From: Octopus sinensis
Taxonomy: Eukaryota
Direction: 5' to 3'
Assembly: GCF_006345805.1 (NCBI RefSeq)
Contig: NC_042999.1
Coordinates: 62,992,001-63,056,000 of the forward strand
Length of the DNA stretch: 64,000 nucleotides
The notes under the pieces are model-generated. The model was not told where the DNA came from. It saw nothing but the letters and a program-made list of their open reading frames with translations, and did not search any database. A program made the translations under genes and the position numbers. Shown in pieces: positions 1-12,540 of the stretch (position 1 is the first letter of the stretch; each line of letters starts with the position of its first letter).

Positions 1-128
1 GTAGAATAAGAACTAGGCTTGAAAAGAGAAAAAGTAATGGGGTCAATTCAATCGACTAAAATTTCTTCAAGGCAGTGCCCCATCATGGCCGCAGTCTAAT
101 AACTGAAAAAAGATAAAAGATACATATA

Positions 129-509
129 GGCACAGGAGTGGCTATGTGGTAAGTAGCTTGCTTACCAACCACATGGTTCCCAGTTCAGTCCCACTGCGTA
201 GCACCTTGGGCAAGTGTCTTCTACTATAGCCTCGGGCCGACCAAAGCCTTGTGAGTGGATTTGGTAGACGGAAACTGAAAGGAACCCGTCGTATATATGT
301 ACATGTATATATATATGCGTTTGTCCCCCCAACATCGCTTGACAACCGATGCTGGTGTGTTTACGTCCCCGTAACTTAGCGGTTTAGCAAAAGAAACCGA
401 TAGAATAAGTACTAGGCTGACAAAGAATAAGTCCTGGGGCTGATTTGCTCAACTAAAGGCGGTGCTCCAGCATGGCCACAGTCAAATGACTGAAACAAGT
501 AAAAGAGTT
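129..509 (+). mobile_element. tRNA-headed SINE, family A, full length
   Basis: A-box-like tggctatgtggtaag and B-box-like agttcagtccc, central (TA)n, tail gaaacaagtaaaagag. Flanked by direct repeat aagatacatataggcacagg at 117-136 and 510-529. About 20 related copies in the window. Confidence 0.9.
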
Positions 510-1876
510 AAGATACATATAGGCACAGGCATGGCTGTGTGGTTAAGAAGCTCACTTTGCAACCATGAGGTTTTGGGTTCAGTCACACTGTACAGCATGT
601 GCCTCACACAGGGCCAACTAATGCCTTGTGAGTGAATCAGGTTGACTGTGTATTGAAACTCATCATGTATGTGTTTGTGTGTCTGCCCTTGTGAACGTCT
701 GTCCCACCACTTGACAATAGGTGATGGTTTGTTTACATCTTCATAATTTAATGGTTCAGTAAAAGAAACCAAGAGACCAATAGAAAAAGGACCAAACCCA
801 TACTTGAAGCATTGTTGCTTGTTTGTGTTCTCTTTTATTCTGATTTCTATTTGTATTATATCTTTTTTTTTTTTTAGTTTTTTTAGTTTACAGTTATAAA
901 GGATCATCACTGTTATTTAGTTAGTATTCAGAGTCAAAACAAACAAAATATTTTGTTAGTAACCAAAATGTTTCCAAACAAAATAAAGGGTAATAAGTAG
1001 TTAACAAAAGCAAATAAAAAACAGAGTTAGAAAAACAAACAAACAAACAAAAAAATGCAAATAACCAAAGTAAATTAAAATAAAATAAAATGGTAGAAGA
1101 CGCCAAGCAGGAGGAGACGGGAGAAGGGTAGTGGAAAGTGAGAGTATGAGAAGCAGCTAAATAAGTGTAAAGTTTTAACAGAAGATACTCACATATTGAA
1201 AGAATCATTGGGTGCGATTTAGGTTAAACCTGGCACCCAGTAAATACACAGAGATAATAAAAGAGAGAAAGACAGCTTCAAGTGACAAGAATCTCTTCCC
1301 AGAATTGATGTACACCAGCTAGCCAGTAAGGCAGAGATAAATCAGAGATTGTTGACCAACAGCACCACATGGTAGCAGAGTAGCTGGACATTGTACACCT
1401 GTGGAGTTACAATGTGAGGGGAACAAGACATCAACAAGGTGTGGTTACTGTTATAAATATATTTGTAAATATGGTGTACTACGTAAGTTGTTTCAGTGAG
1501 CAATCGTAGTTAATTCATCATTGATGCATTATACACACACACACACATACACATGCATGCATACACAAACTCATATAATACACAGTGGGGGATTAAGAGG
1601 AGAAAAGAAGGAAAGAGGAATAGTGTGTGTATGTAAGTTGGAGGGTGGGGGGAATCCAACAATAAATAACATAATTAACGGAAAATACTCTGAAAATTTT
1701 TTTTAATATTCTGATGAAATATAGACATAAATATTTGTTAGTTGGGTGTGTGGATGCTTAGTATTTGATACAAAAACAACAAAAACATTAAAACAAACAA
1801 ATCACATAGTTCATAAAAGATAAGCCAGTTTTCATAGTGTGTGTGTATGTGTATGCATATATACGCATACATACAT

Positions 1877-1909
<33 letters not shown>

Positions 1910-2689
1910 AAGAGAGCATTTACACAAAACCTCTGGATAGTGTAAACAAACATTAATATTCTACTGTCCTGATAACCCTAATAGATATTTAACAATCGTT
2001 CCAAGATAAAACCAGAAGTAATAATCAATCATCATCTTCAATACTCATCACTTGCTTTTTTTCGTGGTGGAATAGGGTTAGAAAAAGTGGTGAGCTGGCA
2101 GAATCGTTAGTGCATCAGACAAAATGCTTAGTAGCATATCTCCTGACCCTTTACATTCTGAGTTCAAATCCCATCAATGCCTGCTTTGCCTTTCATCTCT
2201 TGGAGACTGATGAAATAAAGTGCCAGTCAAATACTGGAATCAGTGTCCCCTGCTGTCGTGATTATTGGATTTGGACCCTACAACAGACCAGCGTTTCATT
2301 CAGGGCAATGTTGTGGTCTCAGTCACTCAATCATGACAGAAACTGAGTAACCAGCTTTATGAGTCCTAGGGATCAAAGGGTAAAGAATAGGGTTGGAAAG
2401 GCATGTATCAACACTTGTCTTGATTCTGTATCATCTCAATCTTGAGATCCAACATCTTTAGCTCTGACCTCAACACACCGTCCCAGGTTTCCAGTCAGTC
2501 ATCCTCTGTTGTGTTTTCACCCTTGTATTTACCTTCAATTGCCAGCACACAATACTCTCTTATCCAGCACTCATTACCCATTCATAACAAATGTTCATAA
2601 GTCTCTGCATATACCTCAGCTGATACCTGTAACAAGCAGTTACACTCACAGTTACCCTGTATGCTGCATTACATACCAATTAATATTCT

Positions 2690-3340
2690 TTTCTACTCTA
2701 AGCACAAGGACCGAAATTTGGGGGGAGGTGGTGGGGCCAGTCAATTAGAGCGACCCCAGTACACAACTGGTACTTAATTCGTCAACCCTGAAAGTATGAA
2801 AGGTAAAGTTGACCTCAGTGAAATTTGAACTCAGAACATAAAGACAGATGAAATATCTATTTCTTTACTACCCATAAGGGACTAAACACAGAGGGGACAA
2901 ACAAGGACAGACAAATGGAGTAAGTTGATTACATCGACCCCAGCATAACTGGTGCTTTAATTTATCGACCCCGAAAGGATGAAAGCAAAGTCGACCTCGG
3001 CAGAATTTGAACTCAGAACGTAACGGCAGACGAAATACCACTAAGCATTTTGCCCGGTGCACTAATGTCTCTGCCAGCTCGCCACCTTGACAGATGAAAT
3101 ATCGCTAAGCTTTTCACCCGGCATACTAACGATTCTTATTTCTTTATTGCCCACAAGGGGCTAAACATAGAGGGGACAGACGAAGGAATTAAGTCGATTA
3201 CATCAACCCTAGTATATAACTGGTACTTTAATTTATCGACCCCGAAAGGATGAAAAGCAAAGTCAACCTCGGCTGAATTTGAACTCAAAATGTAAAGACA
3301 GACGAAATACCGCTAAGCATTTCGCCCAGCTCGCCACCTT
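2690..3340 (-). mobile_element. Nested cluster of three family-B SINEs
   Basis: Copy 2858-3088 is flanked by 15-bp TSD gacagatgaaatatc (2843-2857, 3089-3103) inside an older copy; a further copy lies at about 3136-3340. All match the aaggtggcgagctggcagaa...aaagaaata family. Confidence 0.85.
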
Positions 3341-3603
3341 CATACAATTAATATTATACACACAACAGACTATATCTGACCCATTTCTCTTTCAAATGAA
3401 CTTTATGAAACATACTTTATGACCAACAGAAGTTATTGGATTTAAACTCTTAACTACTGACTATTGTTATTCATCTTATCTCATCAAACTGTTACACCAT
3501 ATGTAATCGAGTTAATTTCACAGATGTCTTATATCAATATGTATAAATAAACAGGAAGCAGATTTTCCCAATATTTATGTTTAAATCATAGCTAAACTAA
3601 GTG

Positions 3604-3742
3604 AAGGCATGGCTTTGTGGTAAGAAGTTGGCTTCCCAACCAAATGGCATCTTGGGCAAGTATCTTCTGCTATAACCCCAGGTTGACCAAAACCTCATGA
3701 GCAGATTTGGTAGACAGAAACCGAAGGAAGCCTGTCATGTGC

Positions 3743-3791
<49 letters not shown>

Positions 3792-3990
3792 TTCATGTAT
3801 GTGTGTATGAGTCTTTGTGCTTGTCCCCCACCACTGTTTGGCAAGTGTTGGTTTGTTTACATTCCTTTAACTTAGCAATTTGGAAGAAGAGTAAGAATAA
3901 GTATTGGGTTGATCTGCTCCACTAAACTCTTCAAGGCAGTGCCCCAGCATGGCTATAGTACAATGACTGAAGCAAGTAAAAGATAAATTA
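3604..3990 (+). mobile_element. Family-A SINE, diverged
   Basis: Colinear similarity to 129-509 including the central (TA)n and the tail. Confidence 0.8.
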
Positions 3991-4378
3991 CAGCCAGTAT
4001 ACCAAGTTGGTGGGAACAGTGATAACACAAGACTAAATACTTTTTATTATTTAGTTTCATCAAAGTGACTGAGCTGGCCAAATTGTTAGCATCACACCAG
4101 ACAAAATGCATGGCAGCATTTCACGTGTTTTTACGTTCTGAGTTCAAATACCATTTAGGTTGACTTTGCCTTTCATCCTTTCAGGGTCGATAAAATAAGT
4201 ACCAGTTGAACAAGAGTCGAGGTAATAAACTAAACCCCTCGCCCAAAATTTCAGACTTTGTGCCTATAATGGAAAGGATTGTTTAGTTTCATTACTGGAC
4301 GTTCTGAGTTTAAAGTAAATCTTTCTTAACTTTGCCTTTCAACTCTCTGGATTTGATATCTATTATATTAAAGTGTTA

Positions 4379-4684
4379 TGTGGAGGCACATGGCCTAGTG
4401 GTTAGAGCAGCGGACTCACGGTCGAGGGATTGCAGGTTCAAATCTCAGACCGGACGATGTGTGTGTTTATGAGTGAAACACCTAAGCTCCATGCGGCTCC
4501 GGCAGAAGGGGTGAACTTCTGCTGACTCTTTCACCACAACTTTCTCTCACTCTTTCCTCCTGCATCTTGCAGCTCACCTGTGATGGACTGGCATTCTATC
4601 CAGGTGGGGAACCTATACACCAATGAAACCGGGAAACCGGCCCTACGAGCCAGGCGTGGCTCGAGAAGGAACAAAAGAGAGAGA
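4379..4684 (+). mobile_element. tRNA-headed SINE, family C
   Basis: Head ggaggcacatggcctagtggttagagcagcggactc; 14-bp TSD atattaaagtgtta at 4365-4378 and 4685-4698. Relatives at about 35055-35350 and 54690-54930. Confidence 0.9.
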
Positions 4685-5374
4685 ATATTAAAGTGTTAAT
4701 GATAAATTCCTATGTTGTAAAAATCTGTCATGCTGTGAAAAGGGAATGGTACATGTGTGTGAGTGAGAGAGAGATCCAAATGAATGTTACTAGCCTGCGC
4801 ACATACACATAAACACACAGTGATGCTAGTTAGCTGTGTGCATGTCTGTGAGAGAGAAAGGGTATATGCATATGTGTCCATGCCATTAACATTTATTTGA
4901 GAGGTAACTAAAAGAGGACTTTTATTAAAAATATAGTTTATCCTCAAGTTAATTATTCAAGTTATTTGTTGTATATATGTAGTTTGTATATATTATGTGT
5001 GTAAGTGTGTGTGTGTATATATAGTTTATGAATATAACATTTAAAATGTCATATAGATCTATAATACTTGGTGGTTGTTTCTAATTAAACTTTAGGATAT
5101 CCATGGGGGTCAATTAGTATCATATAATCTTCGACACACCTTTGTAAATAGTTACAAGAAATCATTTTATAGATAAACTTAGTCATATATCTGCACAATA
5201 TTACTAAAACAAGGATGAACATGAATTTTTTAATGAATAGAACCTTATCAGCAATAGTTTAAGATTTTGACCTCTTCACAAAAAAAAACAATAAAATAAA
5301 AGAATTCACTATTATAAAAGTTAAGCTTGTGATATGAGTAACATCTACCAATGCCTAGTACCAGAAGTCAAAGT

Positions 5375-5735
5375 AAAGTACTCAGTCCTACTGAGTGGCA
5401 CTTTGGGCAAGTGTCTTCTACAACAGCCCTGGGCTGAGCAAAACCTCATGAGTGGATCTGGTAGACAGAAACTGGAAGAAGCCTGTCATATATTTGTATA
5501 TGAGTGTGTGTGTCTGACTGTCTGTATTTTTGTGTTTGTTACACACCACAACTTGACAACTGGTGCTAGTTTGTTTATATCCCCTTAACTTAGTGGTCCA
5601 GCAAAAGGGATCGCTAAAACAATGTCAGGCTTCAAAAAAAATAGTACTAGGGTCAATTTATTTGACTAAGCCCTTTGAGGTGGTGCCCAAGTATGGCTGC
5701 AGTTCAACAACTGAAACAAGTAAAATATAAAAAAA
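5375..5735 (+). mobile_element. Family-A SINE, diverged
   Basis: Similarity to 129-509. Confidence 0.75.
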
Positions 5736-5839
5736 GATCTGCAATATACCATGAAATATTTTTCCTAAGCTCTAATGTTTCTCCTAATAATAATAATTTT
5801 TTAGTCATAAAGATGATAATAGTAATAATAAAAATTACT

Positions 5840-6110
5840 AGCAATCTCCATGGCATAAGTCCAGGCAAGGTTGTTTATGGAAGACCAGCAGTCACCCATG
5901 CATACCAGCCTCCCCTCTTGATGCCAATGATGTTATCCAAGGGAAAGGCAAAGACCAATACAGCTTGGCACCAGTGACGTTGCAACTCATTTCTACAGCT
6001 GAGTGAACTGAAGCAATGTGAAATAAAATGTGTTGCTCAAGAACACAACACAGCCTGGTCTGGGAATCAAACTCACTACCTCATGATTGTGAGACCGACA
6101 CTCTAACCAC
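5840..6110 (-). mobile_element. Family-D SINE (tRNA head plus central conserved domain)
   Basis: Reverse complement matches the plus-strand copy at about 37205-37540. Confidence 0.75.
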
Positions 6111-8925
6111 CAGTAAATAAAACAAACTGGGGTCAAAACAGAAGTACCCTGGCATGACTGCAATCCAAGAAACCAGTACAAAATAAAATATTTATCAGTG
6201 GGGAAAAATTTCAAGGCAAATATGTATTAAGTATTAATAGCTCACCCAAACACTATTTTTAGCTTAAGGGAAGACAGATCTTAGCAAACACAGTTTAATA
6301 CTAAGATTTGATTCCTAGTTGAAAGCCTTTACTTAAAACACAAATGCCCTCCTAAAAAAAGGACTCCGGATCCCTCAAGCTTGAAATTTGAAGATTGTCT
6401 CCCCTGCCCATCTTTTATTTATTTTACCAGAACTAGGCATTTAAATAATGGATGTGTGTATAACTGATTAAATTTTTTTTGTTTATTATATCAAATATAT
6501 AGCACTCACTTTACTATTATGGTAAAATACTTCTCCAAACTGCCTAAGTAAGATTGAAACCAAAACTGAATGACTGAAGTTAACTTAACTACAAGAGCAC
6601 ATTTCCTCAAAGTTCTTTTACTTGCTTTATCTTATCACTACCATTTCATAAGAGATCAGAATGCAGGCTCACAAGATTGGAGTCAGCAACAATCAACCTA
6701 TGATACTTAAAATAGGACTGTATAATTACAAGACTTTTTCAGCTTCAAAAGAATTAAAAATCAAATACCAGAAATATCAGATGGAAAAATTTAAATATAC
6801 ATCCATTAAATAGAGAGTAACTTAAGCTAATATTTGTCTATGTATAATTGTGTGTTTTTTGTTTAAAACACGAATACAAAGTATATTAGTGAATATATAC
6901 TCATATATCAAGTCATCACAAGACATTTTAAAATTTTTGGCTTTAAATTAGAAATGTTAAAAGGAAAGGATAAAACACACACACACACAAAGTAAAAACA
7001 AAAAAATTTCAGGAATTTCATTCATGTACACAAAACCAGAGAATTGGAACACAGTTTATTAAAAGACTGCAAAGGAAAATTAGAAAAGAGAGAAGGATGA
7101 GAAGCAAAATTATAGTAGCCTAGTAGATAAGGGAAAAATTAAAATTTTAGTTTGCTATTATAGAGTAACTTGCTATAGAAACCTTGCCAAAAATGGAACA
7201 GACAAGCATAACATGGCCCTCGAACCTATCTAGGAGGGCAGTAACTCCAAATAAGAATTGACTTAGATTATTATGACCCATCCAGCCTATGTCAGTATGG
7301 AAAGTAGATATAATGATGATGACATATACACACATGTAAATACACAGACATAATACACATATGCAATACACAAACACACTCGCCTTCTAAGACAAGTGCT
7401 TTCCACATCAAAGTACTCACATATCTAGAACAATGCCTTTATACAAGGCCACCTACTGAAAGAAAAACCATAAATCACTGCCACCACCACCTGTTACAGC
7501 CAAGTGTCCACAACACTTTATACTATTATGAAATAAGAAGCTCTGTACCATTCTTACCAAAGCCAACTTGATACACTTCAACCTCCTTTCTCATTTCTAT
7601 AATCCTAGCTAAATACACCTGAGTTTAGCAATGAATTTAGCAACAATGCAGGTAAGAGTCCTCAGGGACAATTCCATAAATCCCACCCCTCATGTCAATG
7701 GTACTCTTACAGACCATAACATGGGGCTTTAAGATCTTGTACTAAACACAATAGGCAATCCTACCTCAGCAGAACAGCAGTCCATGAGTTTTCCCTCTCA
7801 GCCTAACTTGAAGCTCAATTCCAAAGACCCTTAATCAAAGATCTTGTAGGGTCATGGGAGGCAAGACACAACAGGTACAATGAAATGAGTGTGTGGGGTG
7901 AGCCTACTTGAAGTGAATAGGTACAAGCTAATTCAGAGGAATCAATGCCATAACAATAGTGATAGAAGAGGCAAAACAATATCTGTTGTGAATGTAGCAT
8001 ATGAGTCAGTGAGCCTTTTTTTTTTAACCTTTTTGCCAATCAGCGAGATAGCTTTCTTTTAAATGTAATGGTTGAAACAAGAGATTGAAAACAAGTTGTA
8101 GTTTTTAAATAATAATAAAACTGACATGTATAATATCCATTTAGCAGTTGATCTAATGACTAAGGTTCACAGAATAGGTTTGTAACTAATGTATATAAAT
8201 CTATAGAGAAACACCCAAATTTGTACTATTAATAATCATAAATGGGTTCTAGTTGTTAGAATATAACCAAGAGGTCTAGCATGAAAAAACAAGAAATGAC
8301 TAACCAACCAAACTTTGAACATTCAAGGGGGAATGAAACAAATTCATAGTTAACTGATAAAGAACAAAGGGCAAACAGTCATTAAATGTACTTAATGTCT
8401 ATGCCATATCTTTAAATATTGAAAATGTAAACATATGATGTCAAATATGAATAAAAAAAATAAACAACATAACTCTACACTTGAAATGTTTAAGAGATAA
8501 CAAAACAACAAAAACAGTAATGGCAACAACCAACAACAACAACAACCATCCTTGACAGAAGTCAGTAAAATGATTTTATGTCATCACTTTCTCAGTTAAA
8601 GCTGTGATTGAAACTTATAATTTCAAATTATGATTGAAATTACTTTTTGCTAATTATATTAAATAGAAACATTCAATGTTATACATGAGGATAAAAGACA
8701 TCTACAAAGAGTAACAAAAAAAATCAATATTGTTCATAAATTAATGTCCCTATGCCGACAACAGTCTCTCACGGTGTCTAAGCTAATAATCTTTCATGCA
8801 CTTAGTCTTAACTCCCCACCACCACCACCATATAAATATATCGCCACAAATTGAAAACCAAATCACTAACTGTAACACCAAAATCAAAGCCTTAACATTA
8901 AATCAAAGTTCTGCATTTATACAAA

Positions 8926-9330
8926 ACTAGCAGAGGTACCTAGCATTACTCGGGGTTAAAACGGCATAGTTTGTATGTATATTACAGTTACGTTGAAACA
9001 GGTGATGACAAAACATTTGTGAAGTAAATGATGGACTAATTCGACTAGGTGGCATGTCATGTGTCCATTTGGAGTATTCCAGGCCCTAACTTGTCATGGA
9101 AAATTGGCGGTTGGGGGTATGTGCATACCTTTGCTGATCTTGAGAAAGTCTCATCTCGCTTCTGTATTGAAACTCCATTTGACATGCTGTGTTATGCCTT
9201 TGCTGATCTTGGGAAAGTCTCATCTCCTTTCTCTCTTGAGACTCCATTTGACATGCTGCAGCATGGATTTGCTGATCATGGGAAAGTCTCAATCTCCCTT
9301 CTCTATTGAAACTCCATTAATTTAAAGGTA
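8926..9330 (+). mobile_element. Non-autonomous Helentron/HINE-like element containing a 69-bp tandem repeat
   Basis: Starts actagcag...cctagcattactcgggg, a subterminal hairpin-like motif; a related end lies reverse-oriented near 60280-60309. About 2.7 copies of a 69-bp unit at 9129-9318. Family assignment is inference. Confidence 0.5.
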
Positions 9331-11239
9331 AATATATAATTGTAAATACCTTTTGAGAATACATATATGGTGAGTAAAAATTACTCCCCTAAAATCCAAA
9401 TTATTTTCCTTAACTAACAAATTGTTGCTCTTTTCTGCTTCAAACTAGTACTTATAATATTTTACATATACACACACACACTCATTATACATAAGTGTGT
9501 TTCACCACTTTACTGGTGGTACATAGCCTATTCAAATATAAGAGTGGATATCATTAAATATTACAACAACAGATGTGTGTTGGTTATATATGGTTAATAA
9601 TCCCTAAGTAGACATGAAAGTAGATACGGATGTACATAGAGCTCACTGCTACAAACAGTAGTTGGAATAATGTATTCCGTCAAGAAACCATGAAATACCT
9701 GCAGTGATTTGAACTTGCAGGCTTAAAGTAAGCAGTCCCAACTTTACTGTCTATCTGTCCTCTACAGAACAACTAATTGGAGTGTAAAAGTTCAACAGAA
9801 AAATCTCGCAATAAGAAACAGCCAATAGAATAAAATCGTTTTACTTGGCTAAGATGCTCAACTTCAAGAGCAAATGCATTTGTTTTGTTTTTTTTGTTTT
9901 TGTTTTTTTTTGCAAATTGCTTCCAACCAGAGTAAACCATGATGCACTGGAACAAGAAGTTGCAATGATGATTACATGGCATTTCTCAGTGCTTTGAAAA
10001 TCTAATCCAGGGATTCCAGTACCCATGAGGGCATAAGTGCAACCATCTTATTGTGGGTGCTGGAAGGAAGGAGGCAACAAGGAGGACATTGGAAGACAAG
10101 TTGAGGCAGATGAAAAGAATACAAATTAGTAGTTTAACCACAGGCTGACAGGGTCGCGGGACTGGCCAGTTTGGAGGGTAGTAGGGGTTCGCTCCCCCTG
10201 CTAGCAATGTATTGTACATAAAGGGTGCAGAGCTTGCACCGAAAAACCAGCTGGTGGAGAATCTGCCTGGGGTTAAACTAGTAGTAACATTCATTTGTCA
10301 CTTTGCTTTATTATATAGTATATGTTACTACTCTATCTCTTCTTGAGATTTTATAACTAGCTGTAGACATATTTATTTCAACCTTTGCAGGTAGTTGTAA
10401 TTAGTTTCAATTACTTGTTGCAACAGGAATTATAGTTTATATAATCTATATATTAATCCAATAGTACTTTCCTACCTACCTACCTTTTGTGTATTGCTAA
10501 GGGAAATAACTCAAAGTAAAATTCAAAAAGATGGTAATTATGGAAATGATGGTGGTGACGGCAACAATGGTAACAGTCATGTTAATAGAAAGACAGGGGG
10601 AGAGAGGGAAGAGAGAAGAGATGAGATGAGGTAAGCCTTCACATAAGATAGAGAAAATGTAAGAGAAAAAAGTAATACAGAAAAACTAGAGAAAAAACAA
10701 AAGAAAATAAGAGATGATGATGGTAAATAGTAGTAGCGGTAGTGATGATGCTTTTTGCTGTTTGTGATGGCTTGCTTGTTGTTGGTAGTCATAGGAATGG
10801 TGGTGACAATGTTGCTCAATGACAATTGCTTGCATTAAAGCACATGCATTTAATCACATTTTAAAAAAAATATATAACTTGTTGCAATCAACTCTTCACT
10901 ACTTACAATCACCATCTCCATTAACTAATGCACTCGCCATCATCACCACAGCAAGCCATTATAATTTCCAGTATATAAGTATGCTTATATGCCTGAAGTT
11001 TATTCCTCAGTGCTGCCTTTTTTCCTCCTATCTACAGTTCTCAGTTTTCACCAGTGGAATTTTCATGGAATTTTCACAGGTTTCATTAGTTTATAATAAT
11101 AATTGTGAAGAGACAGCTTTAATTGTTACTGCATTTATATGATAAAGGTTCTGGACCTGTACTATAACTCATTACATTTGCAATATGTCAGCCTTCAATG
11201 CTTAGAAAAAAATATTAATATATACTATATACAGGAATA

Positions 11240-11990
11240 TTTGAAATTTGATTTTCGTTTTTCGATCACTAATGAGACAATACTTATGTGTGTAACATGA
11301 AAAGACACAAGATGTTGCATTGAAGCTTTTGAAGATAAAAGATCACAATAAGAAGACACTAACACATACTGACATTGCAGAGAGGGAATGAAGGCCTATT
11401 ACAATATTTAAACACACCAAAAGAAAAGCAATGTCACATACAATTAGATAAGATATTATAAAAGAAACCATAGAAACTACTACAAAGAATAACTCTGATG
11501 TTATTCTTAAGGTTATTCTTTCAGTAGCAATACTTTATGACACATTGATGAAATGGCAAAAGATTTTGAAAGAACCTCAACAGTGTAAATTTTGTATCCA
11601 CTGGATAAACCAAAGTATGGAAGTTCTAATACTTTCATAGTCTATGTAATGTACTTTAGTCCTAGTAAATGAATTTTGCTTTGCTAAATATCTTAAGGCA
11701 CTCAAAAAGTCAAAATGAGGAAAATATAACCATATCATAGCATTTGCTTCTGATGGCACCCCAGCTCTGATGAGTAGGTAAAGTTTTTCATTTTTCCTAA
11801 AGAAAACAGTTTCTATTGTATGCAAATGTGAATCTTGTGAAAGAGAGAAAAAAAACCTGAGAACATCACAATGCTTTGAAACAAATATCACGTTTATAAA
11901 CATGATAAAAAAAAACTGACTTAGTTCAGACATTTTGTATTTGTTCTGATACCAATGACGTATCAATACTTTATACCTAATGGTATTAAC
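11240..11990 (+). pseudogene. Decayed hAT (Buster/Charlie-type) transposase
   Basis: Manual translation gives FSSNTL*HIDEMAKDFE (about 11519-11570) and HIIAFASDGTPALM (11731-11775), matching the LSNNTVxRRIDEM and catalytic DGAxxM motifs. Many stops and frameshifts. Confidence 0.65.
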
Positions 11991-12059
11991 ATATTCAGTG
12001 AGAGAGTTGGGAATATTCTGCAAAATGAACTTGATATGATGAGGGCTGCTGCTTGGTTG

Positions 12060-12540
12060 AGTCATTTCTTCTGACACCTTATCAAAAGTGCACTAGGATA
12101 TTATTTGAGGCAGATCCAGCTGGTTACCATGAACATTTCCTAACCTAGATGTGTTGAGTTCATCACTTTGAGCCAGAGATAAAAATACGATCCATGAAGT
12201 GGAAACACCTATCCTTACCTGCTCCAAAGAAGGCCAAAGTCATTTCATCTTCAAAGAAAGTGAAGGTCTGTCTTTTGGAATGTAAAAGGCATTTATTGAT
12301 TATCTTCAAAAGGGCCACACCATCAATGTAGAGTACCATGCCAACTTGCTGAGGCAGTTATGAAAGGATATCAAAACCAAATGCCCAGAAAAACTGACAA
12401 AAGGGGTCTTGTTTCATCAGGACAATGCTCCAGCACACAAACCTTTCATTTCAATGGCTGCTGATTTGATTCCATGAAAAAAACCCACTTGGCTGAGAAC
12501 CATTATCACAGTGCTGATGACTTTGTTGATCAACAGGATG
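12060..12540 (+). pseudogene. Decayed mariner transposase fragment
   Basis: Translation HHFEPEIKIRSMKWKH...IDYLQKGHTINVEYHANLL...GVLFHQDNAPAH, which includes the second catalytic Asp motif HQDNA. Confidence 0.85.

Noticed and set aside
121-200. tRNA genes
   Set aside because: All tRNA-like A/B-box sequences are SINE heads followed by SINE bodies.
142-910. ORFs such as ...RRHLPKVLRSGTE... recurring many times in the track
   Set aside because: Translations of family-A SINE copies; they recur wherever the SINE does.
6640-6710. Possible plus-strand terminal exon RDQNAGSQDWSQQQSTYDT*
   Set aside because: Atypical AAG acceptor, very short, no supporting neighbour exon.
9049-9325. Three overlapping ORFs with 23-aa repeats
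   Set aside because: A by-product of the 69-bp tandem unit inside a repeat; no splice or codon evidence.
9986-10294. 102-aa minus-strand ORF (MNVTTS...RFSKH) with a hydrophobic stretch
   Set aside because: No recognisable homology; overlaps the structured, probably TE-derived segment.
11577-12077. 166-aa minus-strand ORF
   Set aside because: Antisense to the decayed hAT transposase on the plus strand.
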